Below the pieces are notes generated by a model. It ran no database searches. It was not told the DNA's origin and was given only the letters and a program-made list of their open reading frames with translations. Shown here piece by piece: positions 24,180-32,000 of a stretch of 32,000 nt of DNA; the first letter of the stretch is position 1, and each line of letters begins with the position of its first letter. A program made the translations under genes and the position numbers. Origin of the DNA: Candidatus Saccharimonadota bacterium. Lineage in GTDB: Bacteria > Patescibacteriota > Saccharimonadia > Saccharimonadales > Saccharimonadaceae. The stretch lies in contig CP075337.1 of the NCBI GenBank assembly GCA_025349965.1, positions 60,001 to 92,000 of the forward strand, in the 5' to 3' direction.

Positions 24180-25541
24180 GTGGATGTGAAGATTATATTA
24201 AGTACCTTGATAGTAGTTGCTGTGTTATCTACGGCTTTCTACGCTGTAAACTTTAAGTCGAATGTCGAAGCGGCGTCAAATATTTCACAAAAACTAGTAA
24301 ATTATAATTCCACAAATACGGCCATCTCTACTATTAGTGGAAATTTATATTCATATGTATCTGACGATGGCAACTTCGCGGCCTGGAACTCGGCCTCTCA
24401 TGACGTTGTCACCGGTGATACCTCTTCTGGACCTGTTGTCTATTTACGAGATTTACGATCAGGTGATGCGGCTATCGCGAGCATGGGCGAGAGCGGCGTG
24501 GTGTCTAGTGAAGCTGAGTTTGCCGTCAGTCGTACGGGTCGATATGTAGCTTTTTCTAGCAGAGCACTAGATGTAGTCGGTGATCCAGACGTGTCATTAA
24601 GACCAGGTCTTCACCTTTACTTGAGGGATATGCTACTAGGTACCACTCGTCTTGTTGATCAAAGTGCTGCCGGTATTCCAGGCAATTTACCGTACGGGGG
24701 TCAAGCCATTGCTAGAAGTGTTAGTGATGATGGTAGATATGTAACATTTTATACAGAGTCGACGAATCTATTAACTTCGAGTACTGGTGGAGGGGGCTTC
24801 TTCTTTGTTAAGGATATGCTAACCGGTGCGGTGATAAATCCAACCGCTTCAAATACGGGGTTAAATTCTAACGCTTCAACACTTGGCTATGTACTCTCTA
24901 GTTGTGACGGTTCTTTTGTTGTATTTGGGGCGGCCGCTACAAACCTCACGGCACAAGATAATGGTAATAGTAATACATACTTTGTTGATCTGAGGACTGG
25001 TTATAATATTACCAACCTTACCCATCTGGCCAACAAGGGTGCAAGACCTGTCTCTATATCGTGTAATGGACGCTACATATTACTATCGTCGCAATCTACT
25101 AATCTTACCGCGGACACAGTGTCTGGTGTGGAAATCCATCTCTTTTTGTTAGATAGGATGACGGGTGTATATGAGCTGGTCGATAAGTCAAGCGCAGGTG
25201 TTGTGGGGACGAAGAATGTGTATGGCTACGGCAGCAGAAGAACAGTCAGTGATAATGGAAGGGTGGTCTTTTTTGCTAATGATGCTAATTTAATATCTCC
25301 CGCTTCGCCATATAGTCTTGAAGTCTATGTGCGTGACACGGAGAGTGGTACGACGGAGGCACTTCCTGTTGACTCGGCAGGTATAGAGAAAGGCTTGGGG
25401 ACGACAACCACGACCGTAACTAAGTCTCTTTCGATCTCTTCTGACGGAAAGTCTATAGTGTATAATTCTGTGGCTAGCGGTCTTATCCCGGGTGTCGGGG
25501 CTTTGGGGGGTATGAAAGTGGTCCTGGGTAGATTTAACTAG
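24180..25541 (+). CDS. N-terminally anchored 7-bladed beta-propeller protein (PD40/TolB-like repeats)
   Basis: TM/signal IILSTLIVVAVLSTAFYAV.
- Seven repeats of S-x-[DN]-G-x-x-[VI]-x-[FW]: SDDGNFAAW, SRTGRYVAF, SDDGRYVTF, SCDGSFVVF, SCNGRYILL, SDNGRVVFF, SSDGKSIVY.
- Five of them (SDDGRYVTF, SCDGSFVVF, SCNGRYILL, SDNGRVVFF, SSDGKSIVY) are followed by an x-[ST/A]-N-L-like segment: STNL, ATNL, STNL, DANL and SGL respectively.
- The more likely start is GTG 24186 (SD AAGAGG 24174-24179). Confidence 0.65.
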   Translation: MDVKIILSTLIVVAVLSTAFYAVNFKSNVEAASNISQKLVNYNSTNTAISTISGNLYSYVSDDGNFAAWNSASHDVVTGDTSSGPVVYLRDLRSGDAAIASMGESGVVSSEAEFAVSRTGRYVAFSSRALDVVGDPDVSLRPGLHLYLRDMLLGTTRLVDQSAAGIPGNLPYGGQAIARSVSDDGRYVTFYTESTNLLTSSTGGGGFFFVKDMLTGAVINPTASNTGLNSNASTLGYVLSSCDGSFVVFGAAATNLTAQDNGNSNTYFVDLRTGYNITNLTHLANKGARPVSISCNGRYILLSSQSTNLTADTVSGVEIHLFLLDRMTGVYELVDKSSAGVVGTKNVYGYGSRRTVSDNGRVVFFANDANLISPASPYSLEVYVRDTESGTTEALPVDSAGIEKGLGTTTTTVTKSLSISSDGKSIVYNSVASGLIPGVGALGGMKVVLGRFN

Positions 25542-25627
25542 GCTGAAATAACAAAGGCGACCGTAGCTTTCTCGCCACCCCAAGTATGGTATACAATTCA
25601 CCATAAACGTTTTACAATAGTACTGAT

Positions 25628-26707
25628 ATGAGGCATAGGGTATACAGAACGCACACTCGCGCTTCTCACTGGAGACATACTGCACCAGAGGCTATTCTTG
25701 CTCTCGTCCTTTCTTTAATGATGCTGGTGCCGCCTGCTGGTGCTGCTGCTATGCGCTTTCAACAGCGAAGCCTATATATAAATAATCCAGAGCCGGGCGC
25801 TACAACATACCACAAGGTGTCATTTCGGTACATGAGCGCTTTGCCTGTAGGGTCGCTTGATTTGCTATACTGTCTGGATCCGATTCCATACCATGCCTGC
25901 GTACCACCTCAGGGTCTCGATGTTTCACAGGCCACACTCTCCTCCCAAACGGGTGAGACCGGCTTTACGATTAAATCAAGCTCGCCCAATAGGCTGGTCA
26001 TTTCAAGGGATCCTGCAAAGATCCCGATAGACAACGAGTCTGCATATGTGTTTGATAATATTAAAAACCCAATAGATATAACACAGTCCTTTTCGATCAG
26101 ATTGAAGAGTCACGGGAGTCTTGACGCAACCGGGCCTCAGGTAGATTTTGGATCCATCAAGGGTCAAGTTACGACAGGGATTATGCTTGAGACGCAGGTT
26201 CCACCTATGTTAATATTCTGCCTCGCAGAGGAGGTTGAGAGTGGTTGCGAACAAACAAGCGACACACATTATAAAGAGCTAGGTCAGCTTAGTTCGAGTG
26301 CAACACTATCTACTCAGTCTCAGATGGCGGTTGGAACAAATGCATCTAGGGGGTTTGCTATTACTATTCATGGTACACCGCTAAGTGCTGGTGTTAACAC
26401 GATAAACTCGCTCTCAACTCCTACTGCAAGTATTCCTGGTAGTAACCAGTTCGGTATTAACCTCGTAGAGAATCAAACGCCTGTAATAGGCCAGAATCCT
26501 GAGGGTGAATGGGCTAACGCTGTGGTGTCAGAGGGGTATGATCAGTCAGATAAGTTTAAGTATGTACCTGGGGATGTCGTAGCATATTCTCCCAATGTAA
26601 GTCTTATGAAGAAGTTTACAGTCAGCTATATGATTAATGCATCACCGAATCTACGTGCTGGTGTATATAGCACAACAGTCACTTATATAGCGAGCGGTCG
26701 CTTTTAG
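25628..26707 (+). CDS. Secreted WxL-like surface protein, paralogue D
   Basis: Signal peptide ILALVLSLMMLVPPAGAAA. Motifs QRSLYINNPEPGATTYHKVSFRY, GTNASRGFAITIHG, PGSNQFGINLV and KFKYVPGDV. C-terminal NLRAGVYSTTVTYIASGRF-stop. Confidence 0.6.
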   Translation: MRHRVYRTHTRASHWRHTAPEAILALVLSLMMLVPPAGAAAMRFQQRSLYINNPEPGATTYHKVSFRYMSALPVGSLDLLYCLDPIPYHACVPPQGLDVSQATLSSQTGETGFTIKSSSPNRLVISRDPAKIPIDNESAYVFDNIKNPIDITQSFSIRLKSHGSLDATGPQVDFGSIKGQVTTGIMLETQVPPMLIFCLAEEVESGCEQTSDTHYKELGQLSSSATLSTQSQMAVGTNASRGFAITIHGTPLSAGVNTINSLSTPTASIPGSNQFGINLVENQTPVIGQNPEGEWANAVVSEGYDQSDKFKYVPGDVVAYSPNVSLMKKFTVSYMINASPNLRAGVYSTTVTYIASGRF

Positions 26708-26761
26708 TGATATAATCTGCTTATACTTATAATCAAAATTTTGTGAGGGATTTACATTAAT

Positions 26762-27820
26762 ATGAAACGTTTTGCGAGCATTTTTACCGCATTCATAATT
26801 TCCGCTTCTGTTGCACTTGGCTCATCTGGCATTGCCAGCGCTCAATCTTCAGCCGCATTGAGCATTACACCTAGAAAGAATTATACGGTCGAGGCAGGCA
26901 AGACAGTTCGAGACACACTCAATATTCGTAATATGGATAGCGAACGTACACTTAGCTTGAATCTTAACATTGTTGATTTTTCGTTTAAAGATGATGGTGG
27001 TACTCCGGACCTTATGCTTGCCGAAGACGCACCGCAGACTGCATGGTCTATCAAACCGTTTGTTAAGCTTTCTGCGAAAACACTCTCGATTAAGCCGCGA
27101 GAAAGTAAGACTGTTGATGTATCGTATACTGTACCAAAGGGTCAGGGCGCCGGCAGTTACTACAGTGCAATTGTGTACTCCTCTGGCACACCGGAGGGCG
27201 GAAACGTGGGACTTAGTGCGTCAGGTGTGACTCTTGCGTTTGTTACGGTTCCAGGAACGGTAAAGCAAGATCTCCAGCTTGAGAAATTTGGTGCGTATCG
27301 TGCAAAGGCTGGTGACCGTGCAGCTAAGTATCTCAATTTTGCGATTGATAAGCCGCAAAATATCGCCTATACACTTAAGAATGAAGGTAATGTCGCAGAA
27401 AGCCCGACAGGTACAATTACACTGCGACACATGTTTGGACAAGAGATAAAAATTAATGATATAAATCCACAAAGCTCACTTGCTCTGCGCGGTCAGACAC
27501 GAACATTTGTTTCATGTATTGCAATAAAAGATGAGCACCTTGAGTTGAGCGGGACTGAACGCTCGAACGCTAAGGTGTGTACTGATCCTGGTCTATGGCC
27601 TGGCCTCTATACAGCCTCTATCGACGCTTATTATGGGCAAAACGGCAACCCTACAAAGGAAATTACAGGCACCACTTGGTTCATCTACGCCCCTCTCTGG
27701 TTCCTCATCCTCCTCGGTATCCTCATCCTCGCAATTGCTTTCGCAATCTGGCGCATTGTCTCAAAGACAAAGAACAAAAAGCGCAGCGTTAAGGGTAAGA
27801 AATCAGCACTTCGTCGCTAG
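26762..27820 (+). CDS. DUF916/DUF3324-like two-domain cell-surface protein with a C-terminal TM anchor (CscA-like), paralogue E
   Basis: Signal peptide ending IASA.
- Domain 1: LSITPRKNYTVEAGKTVRDTLNIRNMDSERTLSLNLNIVDF...GAGSYYSAIVY.
- Domain 2: LQLEKFG...IAYTLKNEGNVAESPTGTITL.
- C-terminus: APLW, then a TM helix, then the polybasic tail KTKNKKRSVKGKK.
- Extended -10 TGATATAAT at 26708-26716. Confidence 0.6.
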   Translation: MKRFASIFTAFIISASVALGSSGIASAQSSAALSITPRKNYTVEAGKTVRDTLNIRNMDSERTLSLNLNIVDFSFKDDGGTPDLMLAEDAPQTAWSIKPFVKLSAKTLSIKPRESKTVDVSYTVPKGQGAGSYYSAIVYSSGTPEGGNVGLSASGVTLAFVTVPGTVKQDLQLEKFGAYRAKAGDRAAKYLNFAIDKPQNIAYTLKNEGNVAESPTGTITLRHMFGQEIKINDINPQSSLALRGQTRTFVSCIAIKDEHLELSGTERSNAKVCTDPGLWPGLYTASIDAYYGQNGNPTKEITGTTWFIYAPLWFLILLGILILAIAFAIWRIVSKTKNKKRSVKGKKSALRR

Positions 27821-27846
27821 AAAGAGTACTCCGGTAGGAAAAGCAC

Positions 27847-28794
27847 ATGGCAGTCCGACTACCAAAAAATATGCACAGAATGACCCTTGATAAAAAGGGG
27901 TCATTCTTGCTATTTTTGGCAGCAATGACATTGGCTATGGTAACATCTGCTGTATTTATTACATCAAGTGCACATGCTTTGACGCCGCTTCCTACGCCTG
28001 ATCCAAAACCGGGTTCTTTTGGTGTAGAGGCAACGAAGGTAAAAGAGCCGCCTAAGGTTGGTGCGAGCATTGCCGTCCCGGGTTCTGGTGCGTCGTTTTC
28101 AAGTTCGCCAATTACGGTAAGTGGAACCTGTCCGAATGATTTGTTGGTACAGATCTACAATAATAATGTAATGGTTGGCTCTGTGCTCTGTACTAACGGA
28201 AGCTTTTCTATTCAGGTAGGGCTTTTTGCGGGTACAAATGAGTTAAGCGCGGTTGTGTATGATGAACTTGATCAGGCCGGGCCTGTTTCGAATATCGCCA
28301 CCGTTACATATACCGATACCCGTTTTACCGCCTTTGGTCAGCTTTTAACGCTTACAAGTAATTATGGGCGTCGTTCAACGCCAACCGGCACGCAACTTAC
28401 ATGGCCGATGCAGCTTTCAGGCGGTACTGGTCCGTATGCATTTAGTATTGATTGGGGCGATGGCTCTAAGGCAGAGCTTAAGAGCCAGTCACTCGCCGGG
28501 CTTGTGTCATTGGCGCATGCGTATAAAAAAGCAGGCATCTACACCGTAAACGTTACTGCAACCGATACAAATAACGTCACTGCATTTTTGCAGGTAATCG
28601 CGGTGTCGAGCGGTAAAGTAGAGCCCGAGCCAACCGAGAAGAAAGTAGCGGTTGATCGAACGACTATCTTGTGGGTTCCGGCGGCAATTGCATTGGCATT
28701 GCTTGTTCCAGCCTTCTGGCTTGGGCGTCGTAGCCAGGTTATATCTATACGCAAGAAGATGCTCAAAGAGCGCGATAATTACGTTCAAAAATAG
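27847..28794 (+). CDS. Surface protein with an Ig-like domain and a PKD domain, C-terminal TM anchor
   Basis: Signal peptide FLLFLAAMTLAMVTSAVFITSSAHA. Ig-like block ITVSGTCPNDLLVQIYNNNVMVGSVLCTNGSFSIQV. PKD signature GTGPYAFSIDWGDGS...HAYKKAGIYTVNVTATD. C-terminal TM ILWVPAAIALALLVPAFWL plus a basic tail. Confidence 0.7.
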   Translation: MAVRLPKNMHRMTLDKKGSFLLFLAAMTLAMVTSAVFITSSAHALTPLPTPDPKPGSFGVEATKVKEPPKVGASIAVPGSGASFSSSPITVSGTCPNDLLVQIYNNNVMVGSVLCTNGSFSIQVGLFAGTNELSAVVYDELDQAGPVSNIATVTYTDTRFTAFGQLLTLTSNYGRRSTPTGTQLTWPMQLSGGTGPYAFSIDWGDGSKAELKSQSLAGLVSLAHAYKKAGIYTVNVTATDTNNVTAFLQVIAVSSGKVEPEPTEKKVAVDRTTILWVPAAIALALLVPAFWLGRRSQVISIRKKMLKERDNYVQK

Positions 28795-28837
28795 CAGTTA
28801 TTTTCTCGTCATAATACCTCAAGCATAAGGGGTGTTA

Positions 28838-28846
28838 TGGTACACT
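28838..28846 (+). promoter_or_regulatory. Extended -10 promoter element (TGGTACACT) for paralogue G
   Basis: TGn plus TACACT, 28 nt upstream of GTG 28874. GGAG (28861-28864) lies between them as the SD. Confidence 0.3.
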
Positions 28847-28873
28847 AATATACAGTATGTGGAGTTGTTGTAG

Positions 28874-30010
28874 GTGAGGACTGTATTGTTCACAATCCAC
28901 ACAAAACGGGTAGCGTTGCTATTTGGTTTTTTGGGTATTGTGATTGCGGGCGTTTTAGGCGCAGCCGCGCTTGTTTCGGCTGAACAACTCCCAGAGCGAT
29001 CCGTTCAGCTGTCCAGCGCTTCAGCCGCGGCAACAGGCGTGACGTACTCCTTTGACTTTACAGTAAACTCACTAGCCGGAGCCTTTGTAATCGACTTCTG
29101 TACCACACCACTTGCGGGTACGGCGTGTGTTGCGCCGGCTGGCATGACGGTTGCCTCTTCAACAATCAGTACTCCAGGCTATACCAAGGTTGCTATGGAT
29201 GCTAATACGCTTGCGGTAACTGCCGATATCGCCGCTTCGGCAAAAGCCACCTTTACTATTGACGGAATTACCAACCCCTCTGCGTCCGGACTCGTGTATG
29301 CGCGTATCGTTACCTACGACACACCCACAAACGCGCAAACCTATACATCTGACTCGTTGGGGACGGGGAGCGTAGATGGCGGCACGGTGGCGTTTTCTAT
29401 TACAGATACAATTGCAGTCAGCGGCTCTGTGATGGAGAGTGTTACATTCTGCGTATCAGGTGTGCAAATTGGTGCCAACTGTAGTGGCGTACAGCGTCCA
29501 GTACTTAAGCTTGGTGAGCAAATAGGTGATGTAATTGCATTGACACCGTCAAAAGTAAGCGAGGGTATTATTTACGCTCAGGTTTCAACAAATGCTGCTA
29601 ATGGGGTCACGATAAACCTAAAGAGCAGTGCTCTAAATTGCGGCGGCCTTTTGCGTGCCGGTGACTTAACCGCCTGTGACATAGCGCCCGCTCTTGATCA
29701 AGATATCACTGAAGGCCAGCCGAAATTTGGCGTGAAGGTTGCATCAGCGGCCGACACAGGTGCAAATCCAAATGGTATGCTTCGTGCAGCGGGTGGTTCT
29801 ATGTATGGTGCGTCACGTTTTTCTTTGAATTTTATTAACGGCAATGCTAGCGGAGTTACCAGCACCTTCGGTGATCCGTTTCTTGATACAAATAACGCCC
29901 CAGCGAATAATAAAAATGTCGCCCTCACTTTTGGGGCGAGCGTTGCGAATAATACGCCAGCCGGGCTCTATTCGGCGGATATTAGCCTTATTGCGGCAGG
30001 GAAGTTTTAG
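28874..30010 (+). CDS. Secreted WxL-like surface protein, paralogue G
   Basis: GTG start. Signal peptide LLFGFLGIVIAGVLGAAALVSA. Motifs ERSVQLSSASAAATGVTYSFDFTV, STNAANGVTINLKS and EGQPKFGVKV. C-terminal NNTPAGLYSADISLIAAGKF-stop. The stop overlaps the next start (TAGTG). Confidence 0.6.
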   Translation: MRTVLFTIHTKRVALLFGFLGIVIAGVLGAAALVSAEQLPERSVQLSSASAAATGVTYSFDFTVNSLAGAFVIDFCTTPLAGTACVAPAGMTVASSTISTPGYTKVAMDANTLAVTADIAASAKATFTIDGITNPSASGLVYARIVTYDTPTNAQTYTSDSLGTGSVDGGTVAFSITDTIAVSGSVMESVTFCVSGVQIGANCSGVQRPVLKLGEQIGDVIALTPSKVSEGIIYAQVSTNAANGVTINLKSSALNCGGLLRAGDLTACDIAPALDQDITEGQPKFGVKVASAADTGANPNGMLRAAGGSMYGASRFSLNFINGNASGVTSTFGDPFLDTNNAPANNKNVALTFGASVANNTPAGLYSADISLIAAGKF

Positions 30011-31038
30011 TGAAGAGCGGCATGCGGCAATTTGTGAGAGCGGCCATTGTAGCAGCTCTTTTTGCTTTCCTAGCCGTGCCCGTTGTGTCCGCTGCCGATT
30101 CCAAGACTGCCAATACGCTCAAAGTGTCACCCGTCCGCACTGATATAGAGGTACCTGCAGGTGGCAAGAAGGTAGTGCAAGCGACAGTGACAAATTTGGC
30201 GGATGCCCCCGTCAAGGTTACGCCAGTAGCGAATGACTTTATTGCTGGGGATGAGCGTGGTACGCCAGCACTCATTCTTAATCAAGACCAGTATGCACCA
30301 ACGCATAGCCTGAAGCGGTTTATGTCACCTCTTTCTTCGGTGACAATTCCCCCAAAGGGCTCAAAAACGATTAATGTAGTCATTACAGTACCAGTAACGG
30401 CGCAGGCGGGTGGGTATTTTGGTGCTGTTCGCTTCATGCCTTCAGATCCGGATGAGGGTGGGCAAGTCAATCTTAGTCCGAGTGTTGCGTCGCTTATCCT
30501 CTTAAAAGTTCCAGGTGCAATCGTAGAAGATCTCACTGTGACTACCTTTGAAGTACAAAAAGCGGGTGCTGCAGGATTTTACTTCCAAGATCCAAGCGAT
30601 CTTCAGGTGCTGGCTCGCTTTGAAAATAAAGGAAATATCCAGACCGCGCCGCTTGGTGTAGTGCAAGTCCGACGCGGCAACGATGTTGTATATGAGACAA
30701 ATTTCAATGCCAACACTCCACACGATATGATTTTGCCAGATAGTGCCCGACGTTGGGATGTGCCCCTTAAAGATATGGGCAAGATCGGCTATTACACTGC
30801 CGTGGCGACTTTCACGTACGGAGAAAAAAATACTACCGTCACAATAGAGAAATCATTTTTAGTGGCGCCGCTGTGGCTAGTGCTAGTCGTACTGGCTGTG
30901 CCTGTTCTGCTTATCGGCGGCGGTATTTTAACGGGTATCCTCGTCGTACGCAAAAAGCGTAAGGGTGGCGGGCGTCGGACTCCAAAACGCTCTCGCGGAA
31001 AAGCTAGTCTTGTACCCAAGAAACGGTTTGGTCGCTAG
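30010..31038 (+). CDS. DUF916/DUF3324-like two-domain cell-surface protein with a C-terminal TM anchor (CscA-like), paralogue H
   Basis: Signal peptide AAIVAALFAFLAVPVVSA.
- Domain 1: LKVSPVRTDIEVPAGGKKVVQATVTNLADAPVKVTPVANDF...AGGYFGAVRF.
- Domain 2: LTVTTFE...VLARFENKGNIQTAPLGVVQV.
- C-terminus: APLW, then a TM helix, then RKKRKGGGRRTPKRSRGK.
- Same architecture as 26762-27820. Confidence 0.6.
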   Translation: MKSGMRQFVRAAIVAALFAFLAVPVVSAADSKTANTLKVSPVRTDIEVPAGGKKVVQATVTNLADAPVKVTPVANDFIAGDERGTPALILNQDQYAPTHSLKRFMSPLSSVTIPPKGSKTINVVITVPVTAQAGGYFGAVRFMPSDPDEGGQVNLSPSVASLILLKVPGAIVEDLTVTTFEVQKAGAAGFYFQDPSDLQVLARFENKGNIQTAPLGVVQVRRGNDVVYETNFNANTPHDMILPDSARRWDVPLKDMGKIGYYTAVATFTYGEKNTTVTIEKSFLVAPLWLVLVVLAVPVLLIGGGILTGILVVRKKRKGGGRRTPKRSRGKASLVPKKRFGR

Positions 31039-31075
31039 GGGTGACCCACAGGCCTTCTTGAGGTACACTTAAATA

Positions 31076-32000
31076 ATGCAATCTTTTTCTTTTACTATTA
31101 CACACGCACCCGGTGACGCTCGATTTATGCGCACGGGTGTGATTAAGACTCCCCATGGCGAAATTAAGACACCGGCCTTTATCCCAGTTGGCACGCAGGC
31201 GGCCATGAAGGCGTTGACGGTTGATATGATGCACGGCGTTGAGGCGCAGGCGCTTCTTTCAAATGCGTACCATCTCTATATTCAGCCGGGGCACGAACTT
31301 ATTCGCAAAGCGGGAGGTATTCACCGTTTCATGAACTGGAATAAGCCTGTTGTGACTGACTCTGGCGGCTTTCAGGTGCTTTCTCTAGGGAGCGGCTACA
31401 AAAAGACAATCGAGATGACAGCTGCTGTTGCGACGGAAAATACCAAGAAGAGCGCGCGCCACGCTTTTGTTGATGAAGACGGGGTAACATTCAAGTCTCA
31501 CCGTGATGGTTCGCTCCATAAATTCACTCCAGAAGTATCTATGAATATTCAGAATGGTATTGGCGCGGATATTTGTTTCGCCTTTGATGAACTTACCTCG
31601 CTCATAGACCCCTACGACTATCAGGTTGAGGCGTTGGAGCGCACCCGGCGCTGGGCAATTCGTTCACTTGATGAATGGAAACGACTTCGCGAGACCACCG
31701 AAAACTACCAAGCGCTTTTTGGCGTGATTCAAGGCGCGAATTATGAAGATCTTCGCCGCAAGGCCGCTCAGGATATTGGCGCGATGGATTTTGATGGCTT
31801 TGGTATTGGCGGTGCAATTGAAAAGAGTCAGCTCGGACAAATCGTTCGCTGGGTGAATGAAGAACTTCCTGCAAACAAGCCAAAACATCTCCTCGGTATT
31901 AGTGAGCCAAGTGACATTTTTGCAGCCGTAGAGCAGGGGGTTGATACCTTTGACTGCGTAGCGCCAACCCGCGAAGCCCGTAACGGTGCTATTTATACGC
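31076..32000 (+). CDS. tgt: Queuine tRNA-ribosyltransferase (tRNA-guanine transglycosylase), 5' part; continues beyond the window
   Basis: Hand translation from ATG 31076: MQSFSFTITHAPGDARFMRTGVIKTPHGEIKTPAFIPVGTQAAMKAL...VVTDSGGFQVLSLG...HRDGSLHKFTPE...GADICFAFDE...GVIQGANYEDLR...GFGIGG...KPKHLLGISEP.DIF.AV..GVDTFDCVAPTREARNG. No stop before 32000, so it is absent from the ORF track. Confidence 0.93.
   Translation, partial: MQSFSFTITHAPGDARFMRTGVIKTPHGEIKTPAFIPVGTQAAMKALTVDMMHGVEAQALLSNAYHLYIQPGHELIRKAGGIHRFMNWNKPVVTDSGGFQVLSLGSGYKKTIEMTAAVATENTKKSARHAFVDEDGVTFKSHRDGSLHKFTPEVSMNIQNGIGADICFAFDELTSLIDPYDYQVEALERTRRWAIRSLDEWKRLRETTENYQALFGVIQGANYEDLRRKAAQDIGAMDFDGFGIGGAIEKSQLGQIVRWVNEELPANKPKHLLGISEPSDIFAAVEQGVDTFDCVAPTREARNGAIYT

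Noticed and set aside
27876-27900. Hairpin ATGACCC-N10-GGGTCAT followed by a T-rich run just after gene E, considered as a possible terminator.
   Set aside because: It lies inside the best reading frame of the PKD/Ig protein, within the n-region of a good signal peptide (MHRMTLDKKGSFLLFLAAM...). Starting that gene after the hairpin would truncate the signal peptide. It is probably coding sequence, at most an attenuating structure.
21538-31038. Sortase-dependent pilus or LPXTG-anchored adhesin locus.
   Set aside because: No LPXTG-like sorting motif was found in any of the eight proteins, and no sortase gene is present. Anchoring is by simple C-terminal TM helices with basic tails.

Overview
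This is a compact, gene-dense bacterial chromosomal window. Several start/stop codons overlap by 1-8 nt, convergent genes share stop codons, and extended -10 promoters sit close to start codons. By inference it fits a reduced-genome monoderm such as a CPR/Patescibacteria (Saccharibacteria-like) organism.

- **1-9.6 kb, envelope genes:** a partial GT4 glycosyltransferase, a polyprenyl-phosphate sugar transferase, an O-antigen-ligase-like protein, a LexA-DBD-only regulator, a membrane-anchored beta-lactamase-like serine hydrolase, tRNA-Asn(GUU) with its own promoter and terminator plus a nearby duplicated tRNA 3' fragment, an alpha/beta hydrolase, a PBP1A with C-terminal thrombospondin-type-3-like repeats, and two small membrane proteins.
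- **9.6-14.1 kb:** a SAM-I-clan riboswitch with an SD-sequestering platform in front of a compact metK, two single-pass membrane proteins, and a 668-aa glycine-rich surface protein.
- **14.3-20.4 kb:** a tightly coupled seven-gene F1-type ATPase operon (delta-like, alpha, gamma, beta, short epsilon). The positions normally held by Fo a, c and b are occupied by an unrelated signal-peptide membrane protein and a coiled-coil protein with no TM helix.
- **21.5-31.0 kb, the most unusual region:** an eight-gene co-directional locus. It encodes four paralogous secreted proteins with a conserved aromatic C-terminal strand, two paralogous two-domain C-terminally anchored proteins, a PKD/Ig anchored protein and a 7-bladed propeller. 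I interpret it as a remote, tryptophan-less analogue of Firmicute WxL/Csc cell-surface-complex loci.
- **Right edge:** the window ends in a partial tgt gene.

No rRNA, CRISPR array, transposase or integrase was seen.
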